A DNA stretch of 33,375 nt from the IMG/VR virus record IMGVR_UViG_3300042366_000726, positions 1 through 33,375 of that record; one strand, given 5' to 3'. This stretch comes from a virus (Duplodnaviria; Caudoviricetes). This document shows positions 7,913 through 18,400 of this stretch, piece by piece. The stretch's first letter is position 1; every line of letters starts with the position of its first letter. The position numbers and the translations under genes were made by a program. A model generated the notes under the pieces. That model made no database searches and had not been told where the DNA came from. It was given only the letters and a program-made list of their open reading frames with translations.

Positions 7913-8138
7913 TGCGGTCGGCGATGGGTGCACGCTCCTCCCGTGGCCGCGCGTCGAGCACGCAAGGTTCCCCTCTGCTTCGAGCGTACTGGCAGCACCA
8001 GAGGGCCGAGGTGCTGGGGAGCCTGGAATCGCTCCTGACGCACCGGCTGGGCTTCGGCCTCTCGACGGCGACGCCGCTCCAGCGCCAGCTCGCGCGCCTC
8101 GTGGACGGCGCCCCAACGCTCGACCCGTCGAACCCTGA
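7797..8138 (+). CDS. Overprinted hypothetical protein (113 aa)
   Basis: Perfect SD GGAGGTGA at 7786-7793 before GTG; N-terminal 60 aa look like beta strands; third reading frame. Confidence 0.55.
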   Translation: MEALIRLVSGVHIDGRMMETIRVPVSRVTCSAFGVLIRDAVGDGCTLLPWPRVEHARFPSASSVLAAPEGRGAGEPGIAPDAPAGLRPLDGDAAPAPARAPRGRRPNARPVEP

Positions 8139-9528
8139 GCTCCTCGAGGCCGTGGGAGACGTGACGCCGCTCGTGGGCGTCCGGCCTCGCGAGGTGACGA
8201 TTGTGGCGGCCATCCGTTCCGCGAAGACGATGCTGTCCGCAGCCGCGGCCATCCGCATGACGCAGACGGTCGACCTCGAGGGCCTCGGCCACGGCGAGGT
8301 GCCGCGCGTGCCGATCCTGAGCCTCGACCTCGATCTCGCGCAGGTGGCGCACCAGCACCTGACGGGCACGGTGCTAGCCTCTCCGGTGCTCCGCGAGCTT
8401 CTCGTCGAGGAGCCCAAGGCCGACTCGCTGAAGCTCTATCACCCGAGCGGCCGGCCCATCGAGATCTGCACCGTGGCAGGCAAGCGAGCGGGATCGAGCC
8501 TCATCGCGCGCTGGATGGCCGGCGTCATCGTCGACGAGGCGCCCCGCATGGCCGGCGAAGGCGAGGCCGTCGCCAACTTCGACGAAACGCGGCGCGTCAT
8601 CCTCGGCCGCCTGCGCCCTGGCGCTCAGTTCATTTCCATCGGCAGCCCGTGGGCACCCTTCGGTCCGATCTTCGAGCAGGTGCAAGAGAATTGGCGAAAG
8701 CCGACCGCGCAGCGCGTCGTCGTGCGCGCTCCAGGCTGGGCCATGAATCCGGTCTACTGGACGCCCGAGCGCATGGACGAGCTCAAGGCCAGCGACCCGG
8801 ACGCGTACCGCGTGGACTGCGCGGCCGAGTTTGCGGCGCCGGAGAGCGCGCTCGTTCCGCCTGACGCACTGGCCGCGGCGACGAGGCAGGCCGGCGACCT
8901 CGAGCCCGACCCGCTGCGCTCGTACGTGGCCGCCATGGACGCCGGCACGCGAGGCAACGCGTGGACGCTGATCGTCATGAGCCGCCACGGCGAGAAGCGC
9001 CGCATCGACCTGGCGCGGGAATGGATCGGCTCGCGCAACGCTCCGCTCTCGGCCTCGGAGATCCTGCGCGAGATCGCGGCCATCGCAGCGCGCTACCGCG
9101 TGGCGACGGTGTGGTGCGACCAGTGGAGCGCCGACCCGCTGCAGGAGCTCGCGCAGCAGCATGGCCTGACGCTCTACCCCCGCATGACGCCCGCGCGTGA
9201 CAGGTGGGAGCAGGCCGCGAGGTTCCGCGCGGACTTGCTCGAGGGCCGGCTCGAGATGCACCCGCACCCGGTGCTGCGTGAGGACGTGCTCCGGGCGAAG
9301 CGCACCACGACCATGCAGGGCGTGCGGCTCGACCTGCCGACCGGAGGCGATGGCCGGCACTGCGACTTCGTGCCGTCTCTCATGCTGGCCACGGCGCAGC
9401 ACATTCCGGACAAGCGCCCCGCACCGCATGAACGCGGCACGGATGCGTGGTACGAAGCGGAGGCGGCTCGCCTCGAACGCGCAGCCGACGAGGCCGCGCG
9501 ACGGTCGCAACAGCGTAGGAGATGGTGA
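7909..9528 (+). CDS. terL: Terminase large subunit (start 7909 or about 8011)
   Basis: TPLQ motif, deviant Walker A AAIRSAKT, Walker B VIVDEA, ISIGSP, nuclease AAMDAG...RHCD; precedes portal. Confidence 0.9.
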   Translation: MMRSAMGARSSRGRASSTQGSPLLRAYWQHQRAEVLGSLESLLTHRLGFGLSTATPLQRQLARLVDGAPTLDPSNPELLEAVGDVTPLVGVRPREVTIVAAIRSAKTMLSAAAAIRMTQTVDLEGLGHGEVPRVPILSLDLDLAQVAHQHLTGTVLASPVLRELLVEEPKADSLKLYHPSGRPIEICTVAGKRAGSSLIARWMAGVIVDEAPRMAGEGEAVANFDETRRVILGRLRPGAQFISIGSPWAPFGPIFEQVQENWRKPTAQRVVVRAPGWAMNPVYWTPERMDELKASDPDAYRVDCAAEFAAPESALVPPDALAAATRQAGDLEPDPLRSYVAAMDAGTRGNAWTLIVMSRHGEKRRIDLAREWIGSRNAPLSASEILREIAAIAARYRVATVWCDQWSADPLQELAQQHGLTLYPRMTPARDRWEQAARFRADLLEGRLEMHPHPVLREDVLRAKRTTTMQGVRLDLPTGGDGRHCDFVPSLMLATAQHIPDKRPAPHERGTDAWYEAEAARLERAADEAARRSQQRRRW

Positions 9529-11324
9529 TGGCGACTCAATCGATCAGGTGGTGGGCTCTCGCAGGCAAGGCGGCGCTGGATGGCGTGTGGGCGACCGTGC
9601 GCGAGCTCGAGCAGAGCAGCGAAGCCCGGCTCGACGCTTACGCGCGCTACCTCGAGGCGTACGACGTGGAGCTCCCGACGAACGGCCGGCGCGGCAACCC
9701 GTACCGCCGCATCGACGAGGAGGTGCTGACGCCCAACAAGTACCGGCGCGTCCTCGACACCATCCAGGCCAAGATCATCCGAAACAAGATTCTCCCGCAG
9801 GCCGTGAGCACGGGCGGCGACTACTCGACGCGCGCGAGGGCGAAGGGCTTCTCGCTCTTCCTCGAGGGCCTGCTCGCGACCGAGCGCATGGACGAAATCG
9901 CAGATCTTGGCGTGCGCGATGCGCTCCTGTGCGGCTTCGCGGCCGTGAAGGTCACGCCGGAGCCGAACCGCGTCAACTTCGAGCGGCTGAAGCCGTGGTG
10001 TCTTCACCTGCGCGACGCCGAGTGCAACGGCGGGATGCCGCGGCGCCTCTACTACGTGGACGACTTCGACCGCGGGGCCCTCGCGGACATGTTCCCCGAG
10101 CACGAGAGCGCGATCATGAGCGCGCCGATGCCGGCCCAGGTGGGCAGCACGCGCCTGACGAGCACGTACAACCCCGACGCCGTGCGCGTCGTGGAGGCGT
10201 GGAGCCTCGGCACCGAGGACAAGCCCGGCCGGCATGTGATCGCCATCGAGGGCTTCGAGCTTCTCTCCGAAGAGTGGACGGACCCGACGTTCCCGGTTGC
10301 CGTGCTCCGCTTCTACGCGCCCCCGGTCGGCTTCTTCCCGGTGCCGCTCGCGAAGCTCCTTCTCCCCATCCAGCGCGAGCTTGAGTTCACCGCGGCGAAG
10401 CTCCAGCGCACGTTCCGCATCATGAGCTCGGCTCACTTCATCGTGGCGCCCGGCGTGGAGTTCAGCACGGAGCAGATGACGAACGAGCCCGGCACGATCT
10501 GGCGCGCGAACCCGGGCCAGATTCAGCCGTTCAGCCCGCCGGCCGTGGCGCCGGATCTCTACCGCTACTTCACCGACCTCGGCCCCATGATGACCGAGAT
10601 GTCGGGCGCCTCGGCGATGAGCGTGGCGAACCAGAAGCCGGGCGGCGTCACGAGCGGCATTGCGCTCCAGACCCTCGACGACGTGGAGGCCGAAGGCTTC
10701 CTGGCGATGCACCGCGCCTTTGCGTCGTGGCACGTCGAGATTGCCAAGCTCGCCATCCGTGCGTGCGCCACCGTGGCCGAGGAAAACCCGAAGTTCGCCG
10801 TCCGCGTCATGGGCAAGGGCCGGGCGCAGACGATCCGTTGGCGCGACGTGGCTATGGACGACGACGAGTACGAGATCCGCGTGATGCCGACGAGCCAGTT
10901 CGCTCGCGACTTCGCCGCTCGCATCGACCAGGGCGAAAAGCTCCTCCAGCTCGGCGCGCTCACCGTGCCGCAGTTTCGCGAGGTGCTCGACTTGCCGGAC
11001 CTCCAGGCCGAGAACGATCTGGACCTTTCCGACCTCCAGATCATCGACCGGAACATTGAGGCGATCCTCGTGCGCCAGTTCCCGATCATCGCCGAGCCGT
11101 TCGACAACCTCGGCATGATTCTCCAGCGCGGCGTCAAGGCGTACAACCTCGCGCGCCTGAACGACGCGGACCCCGTGGCCCTCGAGCTCCTGCGCCGGTA
11201 CATCCAGAGCGCGCAGGATCTACAGGCCGCGTCCCAGCCACCCGCCCCGCCCGCCGCTCCTGGCGGCGCGGGCCTCCCGCCTGACCTGGCGCAGCTCGCC
11301 GGGCAGGCACCCGCACTAGCCTAG
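9528..11324 (+). CDS. Portal protein
   Basis: About 600 aa directly after TerL; SGIALQT-type motif and P/A-rich tail as in P22-like portals; AGGAG SD. Confidence 0.85.
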   Translation: MATQSIRWWALAGKAALDGVWATVRELEQSSEARLDAYARYLEAYDVELPTNGRRGNPYRRIDEEVLTPNKYRRVLDTIQAKIIRNKILPQAVSTGGDYSTRARAKGFSLFLEGLLATERMDEIADLGVRDALLCGFAAVKVTPEPNRVNFERLKPWCLHLRDAECNGGMPRRLYYVDDFDRGALADMFPEHESAIMSAPMPAQVGSTRLTSTYNPDAVRVVEAWSLGTEDKPGRHVIAIEGFELLSEEWTDPTFPVAVLRFYAPPVGFFPVPLAKLLLPIQRELEFTAAKLQRTFRIMSSAHFIVAPGVEFSTEQMTNEPGTIWRANPGQIQPFSPPAVAPDLYRYFTDLGPMMTEMSGASAMSVANQKPGGVTSGIALQTLDDVEAEGFLAMHRAFASWHVEIAKLAIRACATVAEENPKFAVRVMGKGRAQTIRWRDVAMDDDEYEIRVMPTSQFARDFAARIDQGEKLLQLGALTVPQFREVLDLPDLQAENDLDLSDLQIIDRNIEAILVRQFPIIAEPFDNLGMILQRGVKAYNLARLNDADPVALELLRRYIQSAQDLQAASQPPAPPAAPGGAGLPPDLAQLAGQAPALA

Positions 11325-11335
11325 CGGAGTGACAC

Positions 11336-12382
11336 ATGATCGAAATGACCGCACCCATCGCCACCGGCTCGCAGCAGACCGAGCAGGCGGCCCAGTTCGT
11401 CGGCACCAACGGCGACGACCGCGCAGACCGCCGCAGGGCGGCCCTCGACGCGCTCAAGGCCGCGCAGAAGCCCGCGAAGGCCACGCCGGCCCCGCAGGCT
11501 GCACCGGAGCCCCGCCAGGAGGCCGAAGAGACCGAGGACGACGGCGAGCCCGTCGACGAAGCGCCGGCGCTCCTGCGTGGCGCGGAGGCGCAGCAAGAGG
11601 CCACCGAGGAGGACGAGGACGACGCGCCGAAGCTCGCGGCCGTGGTGCGCGCTCGCGAGAAGGCCAACCGGCTTCGCCGCGAGGCCGAGGCGCAGCGCAT
11701 GGAGATCGAGCGCGAGCGCATGCGCCTCGACATGGAGCGCCGCGAGCTCGAGCAGCTCAAGCGAGCCCGCGAGGCCATGGCGCGCGACCCGCTGGCCGGC
11801 CTGAAGGAGCTCGGCGTGGACGTGCGCGACCTCACCGAGCGCGCGGCGCTCGAGGGCACGCCGGAGGCCCAGCTCCGCGAGCTCCGCGAGGCGCTCGAAG
11901 CGCAGCGCAAGGAGCTGGAGGACTACCGCCGCGGCCAGACGGCCCGCGAAATGGAGCAGACCCGCGCGAAGGCCGAAGCCGAGTTCTTCGGCATGGCCAA
12001 GCAGGAAGAGCAGTTCCCGTTCCTCGCGGCCCGCGCCGAGCTCCACCCCGAGCTGGTGAAGGCGCAGGCGTACCAGCTCCAGGAGCAGTACTACAAGCAG
12101 ACCGGCAAGGTGCCGAGCCTGCAAGAGATCGCGGAGGCGCTGGACTACCTGGCAAGCGAGGAGTATCGTCACGTGAGCGAGCGCGAAGCTCGACGCGGCG
12201 CCAGCACTGCCGCGGCACCGGGCAACGGCCCCGCAGCAGGCAAGCCGAGAACCTCCCGCACCCTGAGCACCGCTCGAGCCGGCGAGAAGAGCACCGCGGC
12301 CCCCGACCTTCGGGGCATGAACCGCGACGCGCGTAAGGAATACGTGGCGCAGCTCTTCAAGGCCGGTCGTCTCGGCGGCTGA
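11336..12382 (+). CDS. Putative capsid scaffolding protein
   Basis: Acidic disordered N-terminus and long coiled coil; between portal and capsid. Confidence 0.75.
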   Translation: MIEMTAPIATGSQQTEQAAQFVGTNGDDRADRRRAALDALKAAQKPAKATPAPQAAPEPRQEAEETEDDGEPVDEAPALLRGAEAQQEATEEDEDDAPKLAAVVRAREKANRLRREAEAQRMEIERERMRLDMERRELEQLKRAREAMARDPLAGLKELGVDVRDLTERAALEGTPEAQLRELREALEAQRKELEDYRRGQTAREMEQTRAKAEAEFFGMAKQEEQFPFLAARAELHPELVKAQAYQLQEQYYKQTGKVPSLQEIAEALDYLASEEYRHVSEREARRGASTAAAPGNGPAAGKPRTSRTLSTARAGEKSTAAPDLRGMNRDARKEYVAQLFKAGRLGG

Positions 12383-12435
12383 TTCTCCGAGGCGGGAGAA
12401 CCTCACAACATCTCTCGCCTGTTTCGGAGTCTCAC

Positions 12436-13749
12436 ATGGCCGTTTTGGACGTTACTACCGCTACCAACATCATCAAGTTCCTGTACCCGGACTACACGGT
12501 TCCCCGTGAACTCCGGAAGGTGAATCCCTTCTTCGCCATGCTCGCGAAGAAGACGAACTTCGTCGGTAAGTCCGTCGAGGTGCCGCTCACGATCAACACC
12601 ACGCAGGGCGGCTCGGCGCTGTTCAGCGCGGCGAAGAGCTCCAACGAGCTCTCCACGTCCTACTCGGACACCTACAAGACCTTCACCCTGACGCGTAAGA
12701 GCGACTACTCGCTCGCGACGATCAGCGGCGAGGCCATGAAGGCCGCCGTCATGGACGAGGGCGCCATGGTCGATCTCTTCCAGGACACCATCGACCTCGC
12801 CATGATGACGGCGATGCGCTCCATCGCGCGAAACCTCTTCCGCGACGGCTGCGCCTGGGCGGGCAAGGTCGGCAGCATCGCGGGCAGCGTCGTGACGCTC
12901 TCGACGCCCTCGGACGCGTTCAACTTCGACCTCGGCGAGCGCGTTTCGCTCTTCTCGAGCTCGTCGTTCCTCATGGACACGGCGGTCAACAACACCGACA
13001 CCGTGCCGTACCTCGTCACGGCGGTCGACCGCAAGGCCGGCACCATCACGCTCTCGAGCAGCACGGGCGTTTCGGGCGGCCAGTACATCGCGCGCTTCGG
13101 CGACCGCACGCTCTCGACCTCGGACGCCACGGTCTTCACGAACTCCCGCGTGATCACGGGCGTTTCGCAGTGGCTCGCGGGCTCGCAGACCGGCGCGGTC
13201 ACGGGCGCGAACGCGGGTGCGCAGTTCCAGGCGGCGATCTACGGCGTGACCCGCACGACCGACAAGACCTCGCTCGCGGGTAACTCGCTCGACTGCACGG
13301 GCGCGGCTCCGGACGAGGCGATCATCCAGCTCGCTTCCGACATCAACGCGGAGGGCGGCCGTCCGGACCACTGCTTCATGAACCCGCGCGACTTCGCGAG
13401 CCTCGTGAAGTTCCTCGGCAGCCGCACGGTCTACGACCGCGCCGTGAGCATCGAGGACGCGGAGATCGGCTTCCAGGCCGTGACGCTCATGGGCGACGCT
13501 GGGCCGCTCAAGTGCGTCAGCGACATCAACGTCCCGCAGAGCCAGATCTTCGCGCTCCAGCTCGACTCGTGGGACCTCTTCTCGCTGAACGCGGCCCCGC
13601 ACATCCTCGACTACGACAACCAGCAGATCCTGCGCGTCTCGGATGACGACGCGTACCAGATCCGCATCGGCTCGTACGCGAACCTCCGCTGTCGCGCCCC
13701 GGCCTTCAACGGCCGCGGCTTCAACTACCTCGCCACCACCACCTACTGA
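12436..13749 (+). CDS. Major capsid protein
   Basis: 437 aa after the scaffold; strongly biased codon use; PDHCFMNPRDF motif typical of HK97-fold P-domains. Confidence 0.85.
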   Translation: MAVLDVTTATNIIKFLYPDYTVPRELRKVNPFFAMLAKKTNFVGKSVEVPLTINTTQGGSALFSAAKSSNELSTSYSDTYKTFTLTRKSDYSLATISGEAMKAAVMDEGAMVDLFQDTIDLAMMTAMRSIARNLFRDGCAWAGKVGSIAGSVVTLSTPSDAFNFDLGERVSLFSSSSFLMDTAVNNTDTVPYLVTAVDRKAGTITLSSSTGVSGGQYIARFGDRTLSTSDATVFTNSRVITGVSQWLAGSQTGAVTGANAGAQFQAAIYGVTRTTDKTSLAGNSLDCTGAAPDEAIIQLASDINAEGGRPDHCFMNPRDFASLVKFLGSRTVYDRAVSIEDAEIGFQAVTLMGDAGPLKCVSDINVPQSQIFALQLDSWDLFSLNAAPHILDYDNQQILRVSDDDAYQIRIGSYANLRCRAPAFNGRGFNYLATTTY

Positions 13750-13761
13750 GAGGCAACCCAG

Positions 13762-14148
13762 ATGGCCGCCCGCTCTTTCGTTCAGCTCCTGGGCGCCGCC
13801 GATCCGGGCGTCGTCCTTCTCGGGTTCAGCTTCGCCACGAACGGCGCAAGCGACCCGGTGGCCTCGACCATCACCGGCCGAGGCGTGGCCTCCGTTGTCC
13901 TCGCGGCAACGGGCGTCTACACCATCACGCTGCAGGACGTTTACCCCTCCCTTCTCTCGGCCACGGCGAGCCTCCAGCTCGCCAGCGCCGACGACAAGGT
14001 GGCGGCGAACATCGGCGCCGTGGACCTCAACGCGAAAACCATCCAGGTGCGCCTCTACGACCTGAGCTCCGCAGCTCTCGCGAACGTGGCCGCCGCGACG
14101 GGGAACCGCGTCAACGTCACGCTCGTCCTTAAGAACTCGCAGGTCTGA
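13762..14148 (+). CDS. Small beta-rich virion protein (possible decoration protein)
   Basis: Follows the capsid gene; GVASV...GVYTITL. Confidence 0.6.
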   Translation: MAARSFVQLLGAADPGVVLLGFSFATNGASDPVASTITGRGVASVVLAATGVYTITLQDVYPSLLSATASLQLASADDKVAANIGAVDLNAKTIQVRLYDLSSAALANVAAATGNRVNVTLVLKNSQV

Positions 14149-14150
14149 CC

Positions 14151-14351
14151 ATGAAGAAGCCCGCGCTTCTCATCGCTCTCGGCCGCGGGCCGAAGGGCGA
14201 AATGGACGACGAGGAGGAGGCCCCGGCCTCCGAGAACTACGCCGAGGAAAAGAAGGCACTGGCCGCGGACGTGATGTCCGCGATCAAGAGCAACGACAAG
14301 GAAGCCTTTGCGGACGCTCTCGAGGCGTTCGTGATGGCCTGCTCGGAGTAA
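14151..14351 (+). CDS. Small acidic hypothetical protein
   Basis: Fills the gap between structural genes. Confidence 0.75.
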   Translation: MKKPALLIALGRGPKGEMDDEEEAPASENYAEEKKALAADVMSAIKSNDKEAFADALEAFVMACSE

Positions 14352-14355
14352 GGAA

Positions 14356-15045
14356 ATGGCACGCAGTCGAACGCTTGGACAAATGCGCTCAGATGTTCGG
14401 CTGCGTGCCGACCTCGTTGGCAACCAGTTCGTTTCGGACTCGGAAATCAACGAGTACATCAACCAGAGCCTCGCGGAGCTTTACGACCGGCTGATCGGCT
14501 CGCGCGGGCAAGAGTACTACGCGAAGGAGCAGACCATCGCGACGACGGGCGCCGAAACCTACGCGCTCCCGGCGGACCACTACCAGACGCTGTACGTGGA
14601 GCTCGATTACGGCGGCTCGCGCATGCGCCTGGGCTCGTACTCGTTCCACGAACGCGCGATGCTCCTCGGCACCAGCACGCCCAACCCTGGCGTGCCCGCG
14701 GCCTTCCGCATCATTCAGGACAACCTGAGCCTGCTTCCGGCCCCCACGGGCGGCTACACGGTGCGGCACTGGTACGTGCCCGCGTGCGTTCGACTTGTAA
14801 GCGATTCTGATACGTTCGACGGCGTGGACGGCTGGGAGGAGTACGCCGTGTGGCGCGCGGTCGCCTACGTGCAGCAAAAGGAGCAGGTCGATCCCTCTTT
14901 CGCGCTCTCGTTCGTCACCACGCTCGGCCAGCGCATCGATCGCCTGGCGCCGTTCCGCGCCACGCAGAATACCGAGCGCGTGACGGACGTATACCGCGGC
15001 AACTACTACGACGCCGATCCCTCGCGCTTCCTCCCGCGGCCCTGA
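14356..15045 (+). CDS. Head-tail adaptor (gatekeeper) protein
   Basis: SDSEINEYINQSLAELY, YALPAD, LLPAP motifs; position. Confidence 0.75.
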   Translation: MARSRTLGQMRSDVRLRADLVGNQFVSDSEINEYINQSLAELYDRLIGSRGQEYYAKEQTIATTGAETYALPADHYQTLYVELDYGGSRMRLGSYSFHERAMLLGTSTPNPGVPAAFRIIQDNLSLLPAPTGGYTVRHWYVPACVRLVSDSDTFDGVDGWEEYAVWRAVAYVQQKEQVDPSFALSFVTTLGQRIDRLAPFRATQNTERVTDVYRGNYYDADPSRFLPRP

Positions 15046-15048
15046 CCG

Positions 15049-15486
15049 ATGGCAAAGCCACTAACCGGCCGCCCGGAGCTCGTCGGCAAGACCGTTACGA
15101 CGCTGCGCACCGTGCCGACGCGCGTGCTGCGCACCGACGAGGCCGCGACAACGGACGCCCAGCGCCAGAGCCAGATGGGCTTCACGCGCATGAACGAGGT
15201 GGTCAAGGCCATCAACGATTTGCAGCAAGTGCCATTCGGCAGCGGGCAGCTCCTGACCGTGCCGACCGGCACCGGGAGCCGAAACGAGCTACTCACGTTC
15301 CCCGCCGCGGGCACGTACACGTTCCCGCATACGCTCGGCCGGCCGGTGGAGGGCTTCGTCGTGGTCGATTGCCAGGTGGACGGAAACCACCGCATCCACC
15401 GCATTGCGCGCACGCGCAGCGAGGACGAGCGTAGCGTACAGTTTGACGTTCAGGCCGGATGCAGCCTGAAGATTTGGGTATGGTGA
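15049..15486 (+). CDS. Putative tail protein
   Basis: HTLGRPVEGFVVV motif; between adaptor and nozzle. Confidence 0.6.
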   Translation: MAKPLTGRPELVGKTVTTLRTVPTRVLRTDEAATTDAQRQSQMGFTRMNEVVKAINDLQQVPFGSGQLLTVPTGTGSRNELLTFPAAGTYTFPHTLGRPVEGFVVVDCQVDGNHRIHRIARTRSEDERSVQFDVQAGCSLKIWVW

Positions 15487-15490
15487 CGCC

Positions 15491-18400
15491 ATGGCAGAGC
15501 AGAGCAAACCCGGTCAAGGCGTTATCGTTCGAGCCGACTTCGGTGGCGGCATCGACCAGAGCATGGACGCGTGGCGCGTCCCGCCATCGCAGCTCTCCGA
15601 GCTCGTGAACGGGCGCCTCGAGCGCGTGGGCAGCGTGCGCAAGCGCACGGGCTACCAGCCCGTGGACCCGCCGAAGGCAAGCGGCGGCACGGCCGACGCA
15701 GGCGACCCCATCGCGGCCTACGGCGCAGCAGCGCAAACCGTCGTGATCGACCGCGCGCGAGACAACACGCTCGACAACTGGGCGCACCTGTTCCCGACGA
15801 CGCCCGCGCGCATCGCCAACGAGTGCGGCTATGCCGCGCGGCAGTATACGCCGAGCACGACCTCGGCCACCAACGGATGGACGACGACCGGCCCCGCCTC
15901 CGACGTGATCGGCGACGTGATCGTGCTTGACGGCAACGCGGGGAACATCGACGAATGCGTGGACTACGGCGCAGCCGAAGGCTTCTTCTTCGTCGTGAAG
16001 GTCACGCGCTCGAGCTCCGCAGCCTCGGCATCCACGTTCACGCTCTCGCAGTACGATGCCACGACCTTCGCGCTCGTCTCGGAGACATCGCAGACGTTCA
16101 GCGGCGGCGCCCCGGGCGCCAACGCCGCGCGCATCTACCCGAAGCTCATCGTCTACCCGAGCCTGAGCCGCATCGTGGTCGCCATCGCGCACAACCACCT
16201 GGTCAACAAGGCACAGGCCGTCTTTCACTTGTACTCGTACGGCGCATCGGGCCTTGCATTCGTGGCCACCCCCGTTGTGACGGCCGTTCAGAACGCCGTG
16301 GATCACTTTGCCGTTACGGCCTACGCGACGGTGCCAGAGGAGCGCTACCGCCCCGCGTGCCCATGGGACGTGTGCAAGGTCGGAACCGATGGTCTTTTCC
16401 TCGCCACGTTCGATACCGGCGTCGGCACGCGCACAGAGCGCTTCACGGTGTCGACGACGACGATCACGTCGACCGCACAGGTGGACCACCCGGTTGGCAT
16501 CGGCCCGCTGCAAGCGCTCAGCATCGCCGAGACGAGCCAGGGCGTGGCCCTCGTGGGCTACCACAACCCGCTCTTTAATGCGGCGCTCACGCCGCCGTAC
16601 CAAGCCGGCAACTACGGTTGCCCGATGGCCACCTACAACGCGACGACGTGCGCGCTCGTGGTCTCCAACCTGTTCCCCGTGACAATTTCGGTGGCCGGCG
16701 CGGTCGCCATTCCAGGGCGCCTGACGGTCGGCGAGTACCAGGCCCAGGACACCACAGAGTCGCGCGTGTGCGGCTTCGTCGAGGTGCTCGAGTACACCAC
16801 CGGCTTCATTTACGCGCACCGCCTTGTGCGCGTCGGCATGGGATGGGCTAACGCTACGCCGGTTGATGCGCAGGTGCAGAAGAGCTACGCGATCCCGGCT
16901 GGGCGCCTCTTCTCTCTCGACTACTACGCCACGGTGCCGAGCACGGATCGCAGGCCGTTGCGCCTGCCGCTCGTCGTCGGCGCGTCGCAGCAGACGTTCC
17001 TCGGCCGCGTGGCCCTCTCAAATGACCCGTACACGGACTTCGCCGGCAACTACTCAGGCGTGATCGGCACCCAGATCCTGACGGGCACCGATGAAATGAC
17101 GCTGACGGCGTGCAATGGCCCCGTGCAGACCTACGCGCCGCGCCTCCAGCCGTGCCCGCCTCCCTCGGCCGTCAAGCTCTCCGGCGTGTGGTACGCGCCG
17201 CACCTGGTCGCGCTCGACGGCGGCAGCGGCTTCGGCATCGCGCTCGTGCGCCTCGCGTCTCGAGCTCCTGGCGACGCGCAGCCAGGCGCTTATGCCACAC
17301 TGCCAATGTTCCCGGGCGGCGTGCTCCAGCAGGCGGACGGCGAGCGCTTCGCCGAGGTGACGCTGGTTGACCGCCCGACCATCGGCGCGATCATCGGCAC
17401 GAACACGGGCACGGCCAACGACTTCACCGAGGGCGACTATCTCGTGCAGTGCGTCGCCAGTTACCGCGACGCTTACGGCAACGTCCACCGCTCGACGCCA
17501 TCGGATCCGTACCGCTACGTCTCCGTGGCCGCGCCGAACACGCCGCGCGTGTGGACGATCCACTTCTCGTATCAGAGCTACACGGACCGCAACGACGTGC
17601 AGCTCGACTTCTACGTGACCGAGGCGAACGGCACGATCCTGCGGTACTGGTTCAGCGTCCCCAACGTGGTCGGTCAGAGCTTCGGGCAAACCGCGCGCAC
17701 CGATTCATCCGTCGCAGGTGGTACGGGCCTCCCGGCTCTCGACGCGCCGACGCTCTACACCACCGGCGGCGTGCTGCCCTACGTACCCGTCCCGTCGTCG
17801 CGCTTCGCCGTGCTCTACAAGAACCGCCTGATCGTCGGCGGCAGCGACGACCGCCGGAGCATCTACTACTCGAACGCGCCGCTCTCCTATCAAGGCGCAT
17901 CGTTCGCCGTGGGCAACGTGCTGCGCATCGAGCACGAGACGGGCGCGACCGCCGCAGGCGCCCTCGGCGACAAGCTGATCCTGTTCACCGAAAACTCGGT
18001 GTGGGCCATTTTCGGCCAGTTCCGCGACCAGACCGGAGCTGGCGACGCCATCAGCGAGCCCGAGCAGATCCACGATTACATCGGCTGTACGCAGCCCATG
18101 TCCGTAATCGGCGTGTCTACGGGCCTGATCTTCTTCGGGACGGACTCGCGCTTTTACCTGATCGACGACCGCCTAGGCATCGTGCCGATCGGCCTGCGCA
18201 TTCAGGACCTGACGCGCGGCAACGGACTCGTGCGGTACGACGAAATTCAGGCCACGGTGCACATCGAAGCCGAGCGCGAGGTGCGTTTCTTCGTGCGCGA
18301 GACGCTCAGCAGCTCAATCGGTATCCTGGTCTACAACTACCAGGTGGACCAGTGGTCGCTTGACCGCGTGACGCTGCCCAACCAGCCGTTTATCGGCACA

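Noticed and set aside
12383-12400. TTCTCC-GAGGCG-GGAGAA hairpin as a terminator before the capsid gene
   Set aside because: The 6-bp stem is short and has no U-tract; at most an mRNA-stabilising element
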